DNA of 63,728 bases, counting the filler, from Lenisia limosa (taxonomy: Eukaryota > Protista > Breviatea), in NCBI GenBank assembly GCA_001655205.1. It is 8 parts of 8 records of this genome, joined end to end, with 100 filler letters (N's around TTAATTAATTAA, not from the genome) between each part and the next. Parts side by side here need not be neighbours in the genome. Positions count along the whole stretch, not along the records: positions 22,095 to 41,143 come from LPNZ01003684.1; positions 41,244 to 45,217 come from LPNZ01007813.1; positions 45,318 to 52,517 come from LPNZ01003455.1; 5 more parts are not named here. One strand, given 5' to 3'. The position numbers and the translations under genes are program-made. A model generated the notes under the pieces. That model ran no database searches, was not told where the DNA came from, and saw only the letters and a program-made list of their open reading frames with translations. How positions within the stretch are numbered: position 1 is the stretch's first letter; the number at the start of each line of letters is the position of its first letter. Below are positions 36,801-48,300 of this stretch, in pieces.

Positions 36801-39800
36801 CACAATTATTGACTCTCCTTGTCTTGCTATTGATCTCAAGAAGCCCACAATTACTGTATGATATATTGATATGACTTTTGTGTTTTCTGTATTAATCTTG
36901 GTCAACCTTATATTATTATTCACATATTTAGGTTAATCCGAAAACAGGAATGGACCTCAGAAGACCAGTAGAGGACTTTTTTGGTTTGTGGGAATCTCTT
37001 TTTTGTAAAAAAGTATACCCAGAAATTTTCTCGTTATTTTCTGCTCTCTTGCACTTCGCAAATGGCAGTCTGTACCTTTTATGTGTCAAACTCTGAGTTT
37101 CATTTTTTGTGCTTATGTTTCAGCAGATTCCAAATTTGAGGAACCAGCACCTCTCATTGACCTATCTGCACCTCCGAGCCATGTATGTTCATTTTCATTG
37201 TGATAGTTTTGAAACATTGTGTTGAATTTTCTCCCTTGAACTGGTGAGATCATATTTTCTATGGAACAATTTTTAAGACATCATAGACATCCTCTTGAAA
37301 TCAACTAATTTCTGTAAGGCAGCTGCAATTATAAGTCTACCAGAAAACCACAATGTAATTTCAATTTTCAGCTCTTTGTAAAAGCAAATCTCCAAGTTGT
37401 TCTGTCAATGGCAATCCCTCAATCATAGGAGTGAATATCCCTCAATTATAGGAGTGAATATTTTATCGTTTTGTGAATCTAACTTTCTCACGTTTGAAAA
37501 AACAGATTAACAGCTGTCAGTGATTCATCATTCAGTCCCCTTGTCCCCCAGCTCCGATGCCCGGACCACCACCTCCCGGGATCCACCATGTTGGCTTTAA
37601 AAAGCACACTATCAACTTAAAAATGAACTTCCAAGCTGTCTATATGTGCTTTCTATGTTTTGATTCGATCAATCCTTTATACTTCTTTTCCCATGCTCTT
37701 AGCTGACAATATAGAGAGACCTACTATTGCTCCATCCCCCACCGCCACCGGTGAGTTATCAATTTTAATTAACTTAAACCCTTCAAGTTGGTATATTCTC
37801 CATAAAGTCATGTGTTTGTTGCTATTCCAACAATTGACATTACTGTGCCTAATGCACCCTTTCAGATGACAAAGACCGCTCCTCTCCCGCCACCTCCACC
37901 TCCATCAGCACCTAGTATTCGAAAGGCAGATCCACTGGCCCTTAAGGTAGCCTAAAAACTGCTGTGTACTATTTCTGCTGACAATCGTTTTACTACATAA
38001 CCATTTCTGTTTGAAGTTAAACCTTATTTCAATATTCTGTTACCATCATTGGTGATTTTTTGAACATTCACAGGTACCCATTTCTGAAGTTCAACAGAAA
38101 GCAAAAGACATAGTTGATGAGTCCCCTGCAATGGCACTGAGACAAAGAATGCAGACGTTGCGCTCCCTACTTGAGGCTCAGAAAGGTTAGTGAAAAGACT
38201 AATTGACTAAGGATAGCATTATAAAATGTAGTGATGCTTTTGACATAGATAATAATAATAATAATAATAATTAAAATAAAAATCACTAAGGATAGCATTA
38301 TAAAAGATAATAATAATAATAATCAAAATAAAAATAAGTCAACAAATACTCCAACTAACGCACCAGATTGTGCGACAAAGGGTCTTATGCCTCTTCCAAA
38401 GTATGTGTCCTCTTTATGATTGAATATATGAGGACTGTCTCTTTTATGTAAAAATGACTCGACTAAATACATTATCACCCCACCACACCACCAGTGCCGT
38501 ATAACAGTTCAAGGCCTAAGACCGTCTCGAACGCTATCAAAACCAACAGTTCTCCACCACCTGCTGTCATTACTGTTGGGGGAGGGATAATTTCTGTGTT
38601 ACTTGCTATGTTAGCTTTTTCAAATTACTTCATCTCGTCTTATCATACACCCAGAGTGGCCAGTGGTCCGCCGGCATAGTGTCAACCGACATATCTGGGG
38701 CAGACTTGCAGTGCTGCGGAATGAAACCGAATGAACGTTGTCCGGGAGAGAAGCCTGTGGGAGGGTGGTGCACCGACTCAAAGTGGATGGTTGAAAGTAT
38801 TTAGTACATCATATGTATGTGTGTTTTGTAAAAAGATATCATAAACCATTAATCTGTTGACAAGATTAAGCGTAACTTCCCTCCCCCAGAAAGCCCAACA
38901 AGGATACCACTCAACGTCCATCTACAATGTTCCTGTTGTCAGAGCGAGTCAGCCTGATGTGTCGGTAGTAGCCACTACTGACCAGGAGGCCACCATCTCC
39001 GTTGTGACAACCAATGATAAGGTCAGAACACCCTAGTAAAACAATAAAGAAAGCAGATACCCACCCCCTCCCTTCCCTAGCAATAGCCATTTCACCAATT
39101 GTGTGGAAGTGTTGAAAAGTGGAATATAAAAAGCCCAGTTTTGCCCAGATACTTTTTCCCATGATAGGCTTTCTGTGTTAGAGCTTATTGTTTTAGGAAG
39201 TTGTTGTCGTTGGTCCAGAAACGTCGAGCTTCAAAGTCTGCATTTACACTATGGATGTTGGCAAGTCGACCCCTTGCAAGCCTGCCGGTAGGTATCATTT
39301 GGCGTTGCTCTTGCTGCTGAAGCATCTACATGGTGGATACATACATACAAAAACATGACTTAGCTGCAAAAGTGTGTTTAACATCGCTTTTATTTGAGAT
39401 ATTGAACAACAAATATTGAACAAACAACCTCGGGAGTTAATAGTTAAATTCCTCCTTATTACGTACTAAGGTGGGGGGGGGGGGGGGNNNNNNNNNNNNN
39501 NNNNNNNNNNNNNNNNNNNNNNNNNNNNNNNNNNNNNNNNNNNNNNNNNNNNNNNNNNNNNNNNNNNNNNNNNNNNNNNNNNNNNNNNNNNNNNNNNNNN
39601 GGTCAACTGATCATATTCTTGCTGTCCTCTTCACACTCAATTACGTGTGTACCACAGTATCAGATAAAAGGAAGTTAGAATATTTGTGTGCAATAAAAAG
39701 AGGAATAAAAGGAACCGTGGAGCATCAAAATGAAGAACCACATGATATATTTCATTATGATTCTGCACATTCACCTCCTTTCAGGTCTTAAAATTGGCAT

Positions 39801-40400
39801 GCACCCGAAAGGCGATGCGAAGGTGGTGGGAACCGGGGATGAGGCAGTTCAGCGAATTGGACTGAAGTGGCCTGGTCAGAGGTGTGTTCGGGCCAGGCCG
39901 ACAAATGCGCCTTTCCAGGCCGAACCTAGACAAGTGGGGGGGGGGGGGTCTTTATCGATGTAAATTTCTTGTTTCTTTTGGATTTTCAAACCTTGTAATA
40001 ATTATTAATCTTCACCTTATGTTCTAGTTTTTCTAAATTGTTATCTTTACCAGTTTTTTTATGTCATCATATGAGACTCAAGGTCCACAACGCATAACAC
40101 AAACATATAACCAAAAGAGCAACGCATGTTCAGATTTCATATGAAATATTAATAGATTGTTGACATATTTCTTGCGGTTGTGATCGTTTTGTCGTTATTC
40201 CATACCATCTTTGCTTGAGGTTGAGCACGTTTGGAGGTCCCCTCTATGTTCTTAATGTGGTCGACTAAGCCAGTCTTATCAAGTCGTTTCTGAAAGGTCT
40301 TATTGTTTGTGGTGATGTTTTCTCCTTCTCTGACGAGAGTGTCTGTCTAAAATTTAACTCAAATTTGGGAGTAATAATAATTGAAAAACCAAAACAAACC
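33897..40400 (+). CDS. Multi-exon Pro-rich and acidic protein ending in an M60-like peptidase N-terminal-domain-like region
   Basis: Exons 34876-35148 (Glu/Pro-rich), 35880-36283 (acidic/basic), poly-Pro exons 36519-37946, then QGYHSTSIYNVP (38890), GLKIGMHPKGD (39784) and LSTFGGPLYV (40220), resembling the STG-Y, IG-H-D and SPFGG-IY motifs of M60-like N domains. No HExxH found. Confidence 0.5.
38206..38336. repeat. Intronic tandem duplication (79-bp period) containing (AAT)n
   Basis: ACTAAGGATAGCATTATAAAA at 38206 and 38285, each followed by GAT(AAT)n..AAAATAAAAAT. Confidence 0.8.
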
Positions 40401-41031
40401 TGATTAATAAGTAACTTATCTCGAAGATTTGAGCATAGTTCCAACATTTCAATTTATAGTACAGAAAAGAATCTCACTATGGAGGCAGGAGAAGGCAGTC
40501 TGTCAATCGTACTACATTGTAAATTATTGTTTTAAAAGGCCTTTTTTTATTAGAACACGTTGGCACGAGGCATGGTGATCAACCAGATTTAGGGATAAAG
40601 ATGAATTATAACCGAAAGAATACAAAGGACAACATTTCAATACAATTACCCGGGAGGACTGGAGTGTACCCGGGTGACTGAATAATTAGCACTCATACTT
40701 ACAGGTACATAGTGACAGTAGATAATATCTTACGCTGCAAATCTTTATCAACCTAGTGGCCTTGAGCATATCATATTTCATATCGACATGCACGCAAGTC
40801 TGTTTTTATTATGACTTTACTACTGTTTGCTGTTTGAAACAACATTTTTCTCTTTCCACATTTCTAAATTGACGCAAAAATATCAGTTCATTTCTTTTTA
40901 AAATAAGCTAGATCATGTTATATATCATAGTGAATTTGGCCAGGTTTTTTTTGTTGTTGTTTTTTTCAGTGTGTAGATTTGTTTTCGAATTGCTGTCCTT
41001 GTTTTTATTGTTTTGGACCTCTCTCTTAACA

Positions 41032-41133
41032 ATGCAGCTGCCTGGTGGAGGTGCCAGACAAAAGCCGAAAGTCGAACTCATGGAAAAGCCTCAGGCTGTT
41101 GAGCCGAAACGGAATATCCATCATCATAAACGG
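41032..41133 (+). CDS. Probable first exon of a hypothetical protein cut by the assembly junction
   Basis: MQLPGGGARQKPKVELMEKPQAVEPKRNIHHHKR followed by a GTGGGG donor. Confidence 0.35.
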
Positions 41134-41143
41134 GTGGGGGAGG

Positions 41144-41243
41144 NNNNNNNNNNNNNNNNNNNNNNNNNNNNNNNNNNNNNNNNNNNNTTAATTAATTAAN
41201 NNNNNNNNNNNNNNNNNNNNNNNNNNNNNNNNNNNNNNNNNNN
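41144..41243. other. Artificial assembly spacer
   Basis: N44-TTAATTAATTAA-N44. Confidence 0.95.
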
Positions 41244-41345
41244 AATAATGAGAAATGCAGAACCTTCAAAAATAAAAAGCTCTATCCAGCACTAAAATAA
41301 GGAGGGAGGAGAAGGGGGAGGGGGGCAAGCGAGAGAATCCCAATA

Positions 41346-41480
41346 CCCCAACTTCTGTGATTGCCCCATCTTCTGTTATTGCCCCATCTTCTGTTATTGC
41401 CCCATCTTCTGTCATTTCCCCAACTTCTGTCATTGCCCCATCTTCTGTCATTGCCCTATCTTCTGTCATTGCCCTATCTT
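41346..41480. repeat. 18-bp minisatellite, ~7.5 units
   Basis: CCCCATCTTCTGT(T/C)ATTG units; reads (IAPSSV)n on + or (TEDGAI/M)n on -. Confidence 0.9.
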
Positions 41481-42129
41481 ACTGGTGCCGCCCCAAGCTT
41501 ACTGGTGGATTCTGTGTTGGCAGTTTTCCCCAGTGTATCGAACGACGTGCACTGTAATGTCAAAAAATAGCTACATACAACGGTATCCTTACTTCTTACT
41601 CAATACCTTGCCTCNNNNNNNNNNNNNNNNNNNNNNNNNNNNNNNNNNNNNNNNNNNNNNNNNNNNNNNNNNNNNNNNNNNNNNNNNNNNNNNNNNNNNN
41701 NNNNNNNNNNNNNNNNNNNNNNNNNNNNNNNNNNNNNNNNNNNNNNNNNNNNNNNNNNNNNGCGACAATGTCCTTGCCAAATTGCTTCAGAATATCCAAG
41801 AGACGAATGGATCGATCTGTGTGAATGAGAAGCGAGCTTGGCTTCAATGTCTCGTGAAAAGTCGATTGATACAAGATTCCAGTTGGAAGTGAAGTCATAA
41901 AAAGAATTCTTCCCACGAATTAATATAAAAACAAAGTTACAAAATCTATGATCGCGTGTCAGGTATTAATAATAATAAACTATTATTCTCAAAAATATAA
42001 ACTGATTTTATAATACAAGGTAGAGGGATTGTGGATAAATAAGGTACACAAAAAGAGCTAGATGATAGACGGAGTATGGGTATAGAAGGGCGAGGGGAGT
42101 ACCAGCTTTTGTTAGCTACAAAAGAGCTG

Positions 42130-44860
42130 ACCTTTAGCCTTGAGCATGGCATCTGTGACCACACGCAAAATGTCCAAGCCAGTAATTCGAAGCTAAAAGG
42201 GTGAAGCTTGAGCATCTCATTCCCCTCAAAGGCTCAAAATGATCCATTATTAAAGCCCAAGCCTACCCTGGGGGTTGTTGACGCCAGAAGCAGCAAGGCA
42301 AACCCTTCGAGCTGGATCGTGATTTAAGAGGGTATGAATGTATAAATATTGTAATATAAACAACAGCTGGGATAAGGGTGTTATATGGAAGGCTGATTAT
42401 GGGGGCGAGGGGGTACGCAGAAATAACAGAATGATAAGGCAAATGAATGGATTAATACCTTTTAATATTTCCCTTTTCTCTGGTAAAATGGTGTTCAAAG
42501 GATCAAATTACACCTCCAAAAGCCAACTCTGAAGATCTGACTGATAGGCTTGGCAGGAGTTTGCGTCTTTGTCCTGGGGATGGGATAAACCAAGAGATAC
42601 AATTTCGCCCGAGAGGATGGTTGTTTCTCAATACTGTGCACTACTATTCAAACTTATCTCCAAAATTTGACAAAAAGCAAAAAAAATCAGGGCTTTTGCT
42701 TGATAAGAAGACTGATAGCTTTGTGAAACTGTGAATCCTCACCTAGTCCGTGGAGGAGCAGCTGGGGGTGGTGAAGACTCACGCGACATGTTGGCCATGG
42801 ATGAGAGCTGTGTAGTTAACATCAGGATGATAATTAGAGGAAAAGTACATAGTGTATCATATAATACAATACAGATATATGTACACATATCGTGGGGATT
42901 TCGTTGAATCAAATGGATCCTTTCTCCTAACACTCTATACATGTTAACACCCATTACGTCATCCTATAGCTCCATAGAACACCCCTCCATCACACATTCA
43001 CGGCAAATCCACATAAAATTAGGGCTTCACTTTGAGCCGAGAAAAATACAAAAATTTCTCGATAAAACCTCGAATTTTACCGATATTACCGATTTTTTCC
43101 GGACAGGAGNNNNNNNNNNNNNNNNNNNNNNNNNNNNNNNNNNNNNNNNNNNNNNNNNNNNNNNNNNNNNNNNNNNNNNNNNNNNNNNNNNNNNNNNNNN
43201 NNNNNNNNNNNNNNNNNNNNNNNNNNNNNNNNNNNNNNNNNNNNNNNNAAGGTTGTTCTCTGCGTTGACAATGTGTTTATTGAGACACGCGGGTGCTTGG
43301 CCTGGATGGTCAGATGGGCGTCACAACAATAAGATGAAGTGATCAAAGAATCTTCTGTATCCACGACAATAAGATAAAGTGATAAGCCCTCAGACTCTTC
43401 TGTGTCCATTTGCCCTATCAATTTTCGAAAAAGGTTCGGATAACAGGAGGAGTGCCCCCCCCCAAATAAATAGTATAACCAAGAGCCACCTTACCAAGGT
43501 TTTCCATTTCTTTCAGTAGTTTGAGAACCTTTTCAGTCAGATGATTTAAACGGAATTTCAAGATATCATCCATAGTAACACGAGAACCGTAAGCAACAAA
43601 AGAGTACATCACAGCCACCCCAGAAACAGGTCTTTACATCACATCAACCCCAGGAACAAGTGTCTTTACATCACAGCAACCCCAGGAACAGGTGTCTTTA
43701 TAATCCACTAATGACCATGCCCACTACCAAGCCCGTTGCCCACAATTTCCGCCGCATAAGACAGGGCCTTGGACTGCAGCACCGGTATAGTCAAAGACCA
43801 CTGGATCAGCTGATCTACGACCTAGAGGGGGAGTAAAATTCGACAATTTATGAAACAAAAAAAGCCCAAATCAACTCTGTTTGCTGACAACACACAAGGG
43901 TTGAAAACAACAAAAAAAACAAAGCCCAGGCCAGTCGCCTCTGAAGCACCACATCCCAAATTATGAAGAGAGAAAAACTGTATTCTTTTTGACATTGACA
44001 CTTATATGGTAGTAACCGACCATATCATTGCTGTCAGGCCAGAGCTTCATGTAAGTACAAAGGAGGTTCTCAGCGTTTTTCCTGTGAAGTTCAATGTCAA
44101 CAAACAAAAGTAAGTAGTATTAAGTACTACCGGCGTAAATTCAATATGAAAGCTGAAATACTAGTGCTCCTTGCTAATTAAAATTTGAAGTGAGACCTAT
44201 TGTCAAATGGGAACTCCATTTCAGACACCTTAATTTCAAATTTTGTTCATTCTTCAAAAAATTAATTGCACGGGGTCGGAATTACCCCATCCTGAGGATA
44301 GTTCATGGAGTGGTAATACCATCATCGTATTCCAATATTCTGCCCTGATATTCCAACCTTCTTGAGGGGCTGTTGCAGATACAGAAGGGCCTGAATAGTT
44401 AGGCAATGGTAGATAATAATCTCCAAGTATTGTTTTAAGTTATAATAAATATGTAATTACCAAAAACCTTGAATAAAATTTGTGAAAGTTAGCCTAGCCA
44501 CTCTCCCTAAAAAGGAGATTTGGAAAAACTGTCAAGGTATTAAATCCTACCGTTACTCTGTACAATGACATATTGCCACAATGCAAATACCAGGCCACCC
44601 CCCACCCAAGGACTTTCACGAGCATCCGCCCTCTGTAAGTTGACGGCAAGACATGGGGCACCACTTTGAGGAGAAGGTCCAAAATGGGGTATGCCAGACT
44701 GTGGGGGGTGGGGGGTCAGATAGCAAATGAACAGTGATTATCAACACAGACAAGATATTAACAAATACACAATCCAGCATAGTGTTTAATGAGGCAGTTT
44801 TCTCAATACGAATTGCCCCGTCTGAAACTGGATTTCCGAACAATATCGGTACAACCCAAT
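42130..44860 (-). CDS. Multi-exon helical (ARM/HEAT-like) hypothetical protein
   Basis: Exons LAYPILDLLLKVVPHVLPSTYRGRMLVKVL, KNAENLLCTYMKLWPDSNDM, VVDQLIQWSLTIPVLQSKALSYAAEIVGNGL, DDILKFRLNHLTEKVLKLLKEMENL and LRITGLDILRVVTDAMLKAK with GT-AG boundaries. Confidence 0.5.
43020..43089 (+). mobile_element. hAT-like MITE, left end (right end lost in gap)
   Basis: Starts TAGGGCTTCACTTTG, followed by CTCGATAAA/CGATATT motifs shared with the other copies. Confidence 0.55.
43605..43700. repeat. Intronic tandem repeat, 3 units of 30-32 bp
   Basis: Units of the form TACATCACAGCAACCCCAGGAACAGGTGTCTT with a few substitutions and a 2-nt length variant. Confidence 0.85.
43872..43957 (-). repeat. Dispersed ~85-bp intronic element, copy 2
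   Basis: High similarity to 59125-59206 and, on the other strand, to 1211-1252. Confidence 0.8.
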
Positions 44861-44981
44861 ATCAAACCAATGCATGTGGGTGGGTGTGTGTAATATGTGC
44901 ATGTATGTAGAGTATCTGTGTGCTTATGTGTATGTGTGTTTGTATATACATGTACGTGTGTGTATGTACATATATGTATAG

Positions 44982-45040
44982 TCAAAGCTCCGGACATCAT
45001 TCAAAATTCCCGGACACATCAAAACTCCCGGACAGCTTGA
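44982..45040 (+). repeat. Dispersed ~60-bp element made of three TCAAAAnTCCCGGACA-like motifs, copy 1
   Basis: Nearly identical to 63056-63115. Confidence 0.8.
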
Positions 45041-45217
45041 GTTTTTCCCTACAAAATCACCATAAACCACCCAAAAACCCTATTTCCCTTTTGTTTTCGA
45101 GAGTAATCTCAATCTTAATTTAAGCATGAAACCCCAATTTAACATATTGTCGGGTCGAAACCAAATTAAGTCCCTGAGCTCTCTGTTAATGGTCCAAATA
45201 CTGTCAAAAACAAGCAA

Positions 45218-45317
45218 NNNNNNNNNNNNNNNNNNNNNNNNNNNNNNNNNNNNNNNNNNNNTTAATTAATTAANNNNNNNNNNNNNNNNNNNNNNNNNNN
45301 NNNNNNNNNNNNNNNNN
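45218..45317. other. Artificial assembly spacer
   Basis: N44-TTAATTAATTAA-N44. Confidence 0.95.
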
Positions 45318-45369
45318 AACTGTCAACTGTACTATCACATATGTATGTATTCTGTTTGATACAAACCTT

Positions 45370-48300
45370 CGAAATTCAAGGCAATCTCTTCAGTGTTTTT
45401 CTTGATTTCTTCAAGTTCAGAAGAAAGCTCCTCAAATCTATAGCTTTAAGCGAATGTGAATACTGTTACATCAAACCAACACATTAGAGGTTACTCTCAT
45501 AATACTAATACACAAGTTGAAGAGAAGACTACAAAAGAGCAAAATTTGAATAAATAAGAATAACAAAACATAATCCACAGTTATCAATTCACAAAGAAAT
45601 GCAGCAAGTGTTGTAAGAAATAATTACGTCCCTTGATGAAAGCTGAACATTGAGAAACGAAAAGCCACGTACTTGTCCTCGTTTTTGCCCTGAGAAAGAG
45701 CCGAGTCAGACACAAACTCCGTCAAGGCCCTCACTGCCTCCTCAAGCCCGTCAATTTGCTGAGTGTTATGTTGCACTGATTCTGAGGTGGCTGTCATCTT
45801 ATCGGTTACCTTGAGGGTGAAGGCAAAGCTCGAAAAAGAATCCTAATTCGTAGACATCCACCACATAATAACCCACACCGCACACATTACAGATGACGAA
45901 ATACAAAAGCCGCAAAATGAATAACACACAGCTATTCAATATGTTATACCACCTCCCTTTGCCTCATATCAATGCACCCCCCTCCCACCTCGGCCACCTC
46001 CTGTGACACCCCAGCTGTTTGCATACTCAATGCAGCGGTTGTTTCGGCATGTCTGGGGGGGGGGGTAAACAAATGGTATGTATGAACCAAACAAATAAAA
46101 CTAAAAATAACTTGATTATATGTAGTGGAATCCGATTCTAGTAAAACAATAAAATAAGCAACAATTAGAAGGAAAAGCTGAAAAAAAAAAGAAGATAAAA
46201 TGCAGAAGGGGCACGGTATTTGAGGACAATCAACATAGTAAGCATAATTATTGATATATTTTATATATTCTATTACGTATTATACTAACTAATTGATGGA
46301 AAAACTATTATTTGGGAAACTAGCTAGAGGATATTGTTCATAAGTGGGTGGGAGTGGGGGATGGATGCGGTGATGGAAGGAACAACCGTCAGTGTCTGTT
46401 AGCCCTTTATTACCATGTTTTGTTTTATCAACTTACTTCGAAATCAAACACGATGTATATTGAATATAATAGATATAGCAATGAGAAATAACTAAAAAAA
46501 AGATTGTAGCTGGCACCCACGCTTATAATAAGCATTATATCATAATGAAACAAAATAACAGAAGACACACAACATAATACGAAAGAAAAAAAAGAGAAGA
46601 AGGGCAAAATATTAATATTAAACAAATAGAAAGTCAGTCTAGATTCCATTCCAAGGTTCATAAAAAATGACTATAAACCGAAGCAGTCGCCCCGCACCAC
46701 CTTGACAAAGACGAAAATATTACTGAACCAAACAGCCTCCCCATCCCCTTACAAAATACTGAAAGCTGCCTGGTCTGCTTCGATCTTGGCCACCCTCTCA
46801 GAGAGCTGGATGAAGTAAAATGGGACTTCAATTTAGTATCAAAAAATCTGAATGCTATCAAACAAAAAGCAATAGTGTCTGAGACTTTCAAAATATTTGT
46901 GTTTAATTCTTGCTTTTTATTACAACTTAAATGTCAAATGTAAATTTGTTTTCAATTTGGAGAAAAGAAGATCGAATGCTTGGTGCCTTAAAGGAGACAT
47001 TGTCCCAAAATAGTAAGTTTACCATGGTGTCGAATAAACTATTCATGTCCTCTTCTAAGTATCCCATTAGTAAAATGCCTCATCTATCCGTTCACCTTGC
47101 TGTTTGAGTCGTGAATATCAGAAATGATTGCATTGGTATTTTCAAGCTCATGGCAATCAACTTGAGTCTAAAGCGTCAATGGGTATTTTTCTCCTTCCAG
47201 TTGCAACCAAACCCTCACTCACTTCCCTCTGCTCCTGCATTGCCGTAATTCGAGTATGCAGCACCTCAATTTCCTGAACTAGTAGGGCGATATCCGGCTT
47301 GATGACTAGGGTCTAGACAGGCGGTTANNNNNNNNNNNNNNNNNNNNNNNNNNNNNNNNNNNNNNNNNNNNNNNNNNNNNNNNNNNNNNNNNNNNNNNNN
47401 NNNNNNNNNNNNNNNNNNNNNNNNNNNTCAGAAAAAAACTCAATTTCATATTTCGATATTATCTTCGATTAAGAATACCCATCTTTGTTCCCAACCTTGG
47501 AAGATTCTGCCATTAGCTCCATTGAAGTGACACTGGAGGCCCGGCTATGGTCAAATTAGGATTCTGATAAGCTCTGGATAACCTATATACACATCGATAG
47601 CTATTTGAAAAAAAGAGACGCAGATCAAACCTGCGACTTGCCATTTGATTCATCAGGTCTGCAATTTGCTGTCCGTGTAACACCAACGCTGACTCCACTG
47701 CCTCCTGAACTGGATGAAGGGCAAGACGGTACAACGAAAAATGCGCTCGTGGTTGTGATACAAGAATAGAGTATGTATTATGTGATATGCCCCCCACCCC
47801 TCACAATCCTTAATACTATCATTATTATCTAGCACCTGAGTATCTTCCAAAACCATCATAGTCGTAAAAATATACTCCTCAAACACATATATAAAACACT
47901 TAAATAATCACCACCAGTCTATGTTTCAACCCCACAAACATATTAATTTTAAGTCATCTATGATTATTATATCCCTACCTGGGTATCCGCAAGTACCACC
48001 GCATCATCCTGAACTTTACGTTCGGTTTCAGCCAAGGTTGCAGCGAGGGTGGCTACCTCAGCCTCCACCCCCTGTATGTGACTCAACAGGCGTGGTACGG
48101 CCTAGATGGTCATGATTGAGTTTGAACACATAATACTAGCACCAACTTCACAAAACCCACTCAATAGGAGAATGCATAATAAAATGAGAAACAAAAAACG
48201 ATGAATCCGACAAAAGCCACCCACACCATCATGTGTACGAGAGTTTGAGTATTGGAGAACAATAAATATCCCAATCTTTGTCTTACAAATCTGTGCAACT

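Noticed and set aside
40554-40620. C-terminal KDEL or HExxH motif for the M60-like gene
   Set aside because: Careful translation gives DLGIKMNY (no KDEL) and WHEAW-stop (no second His).
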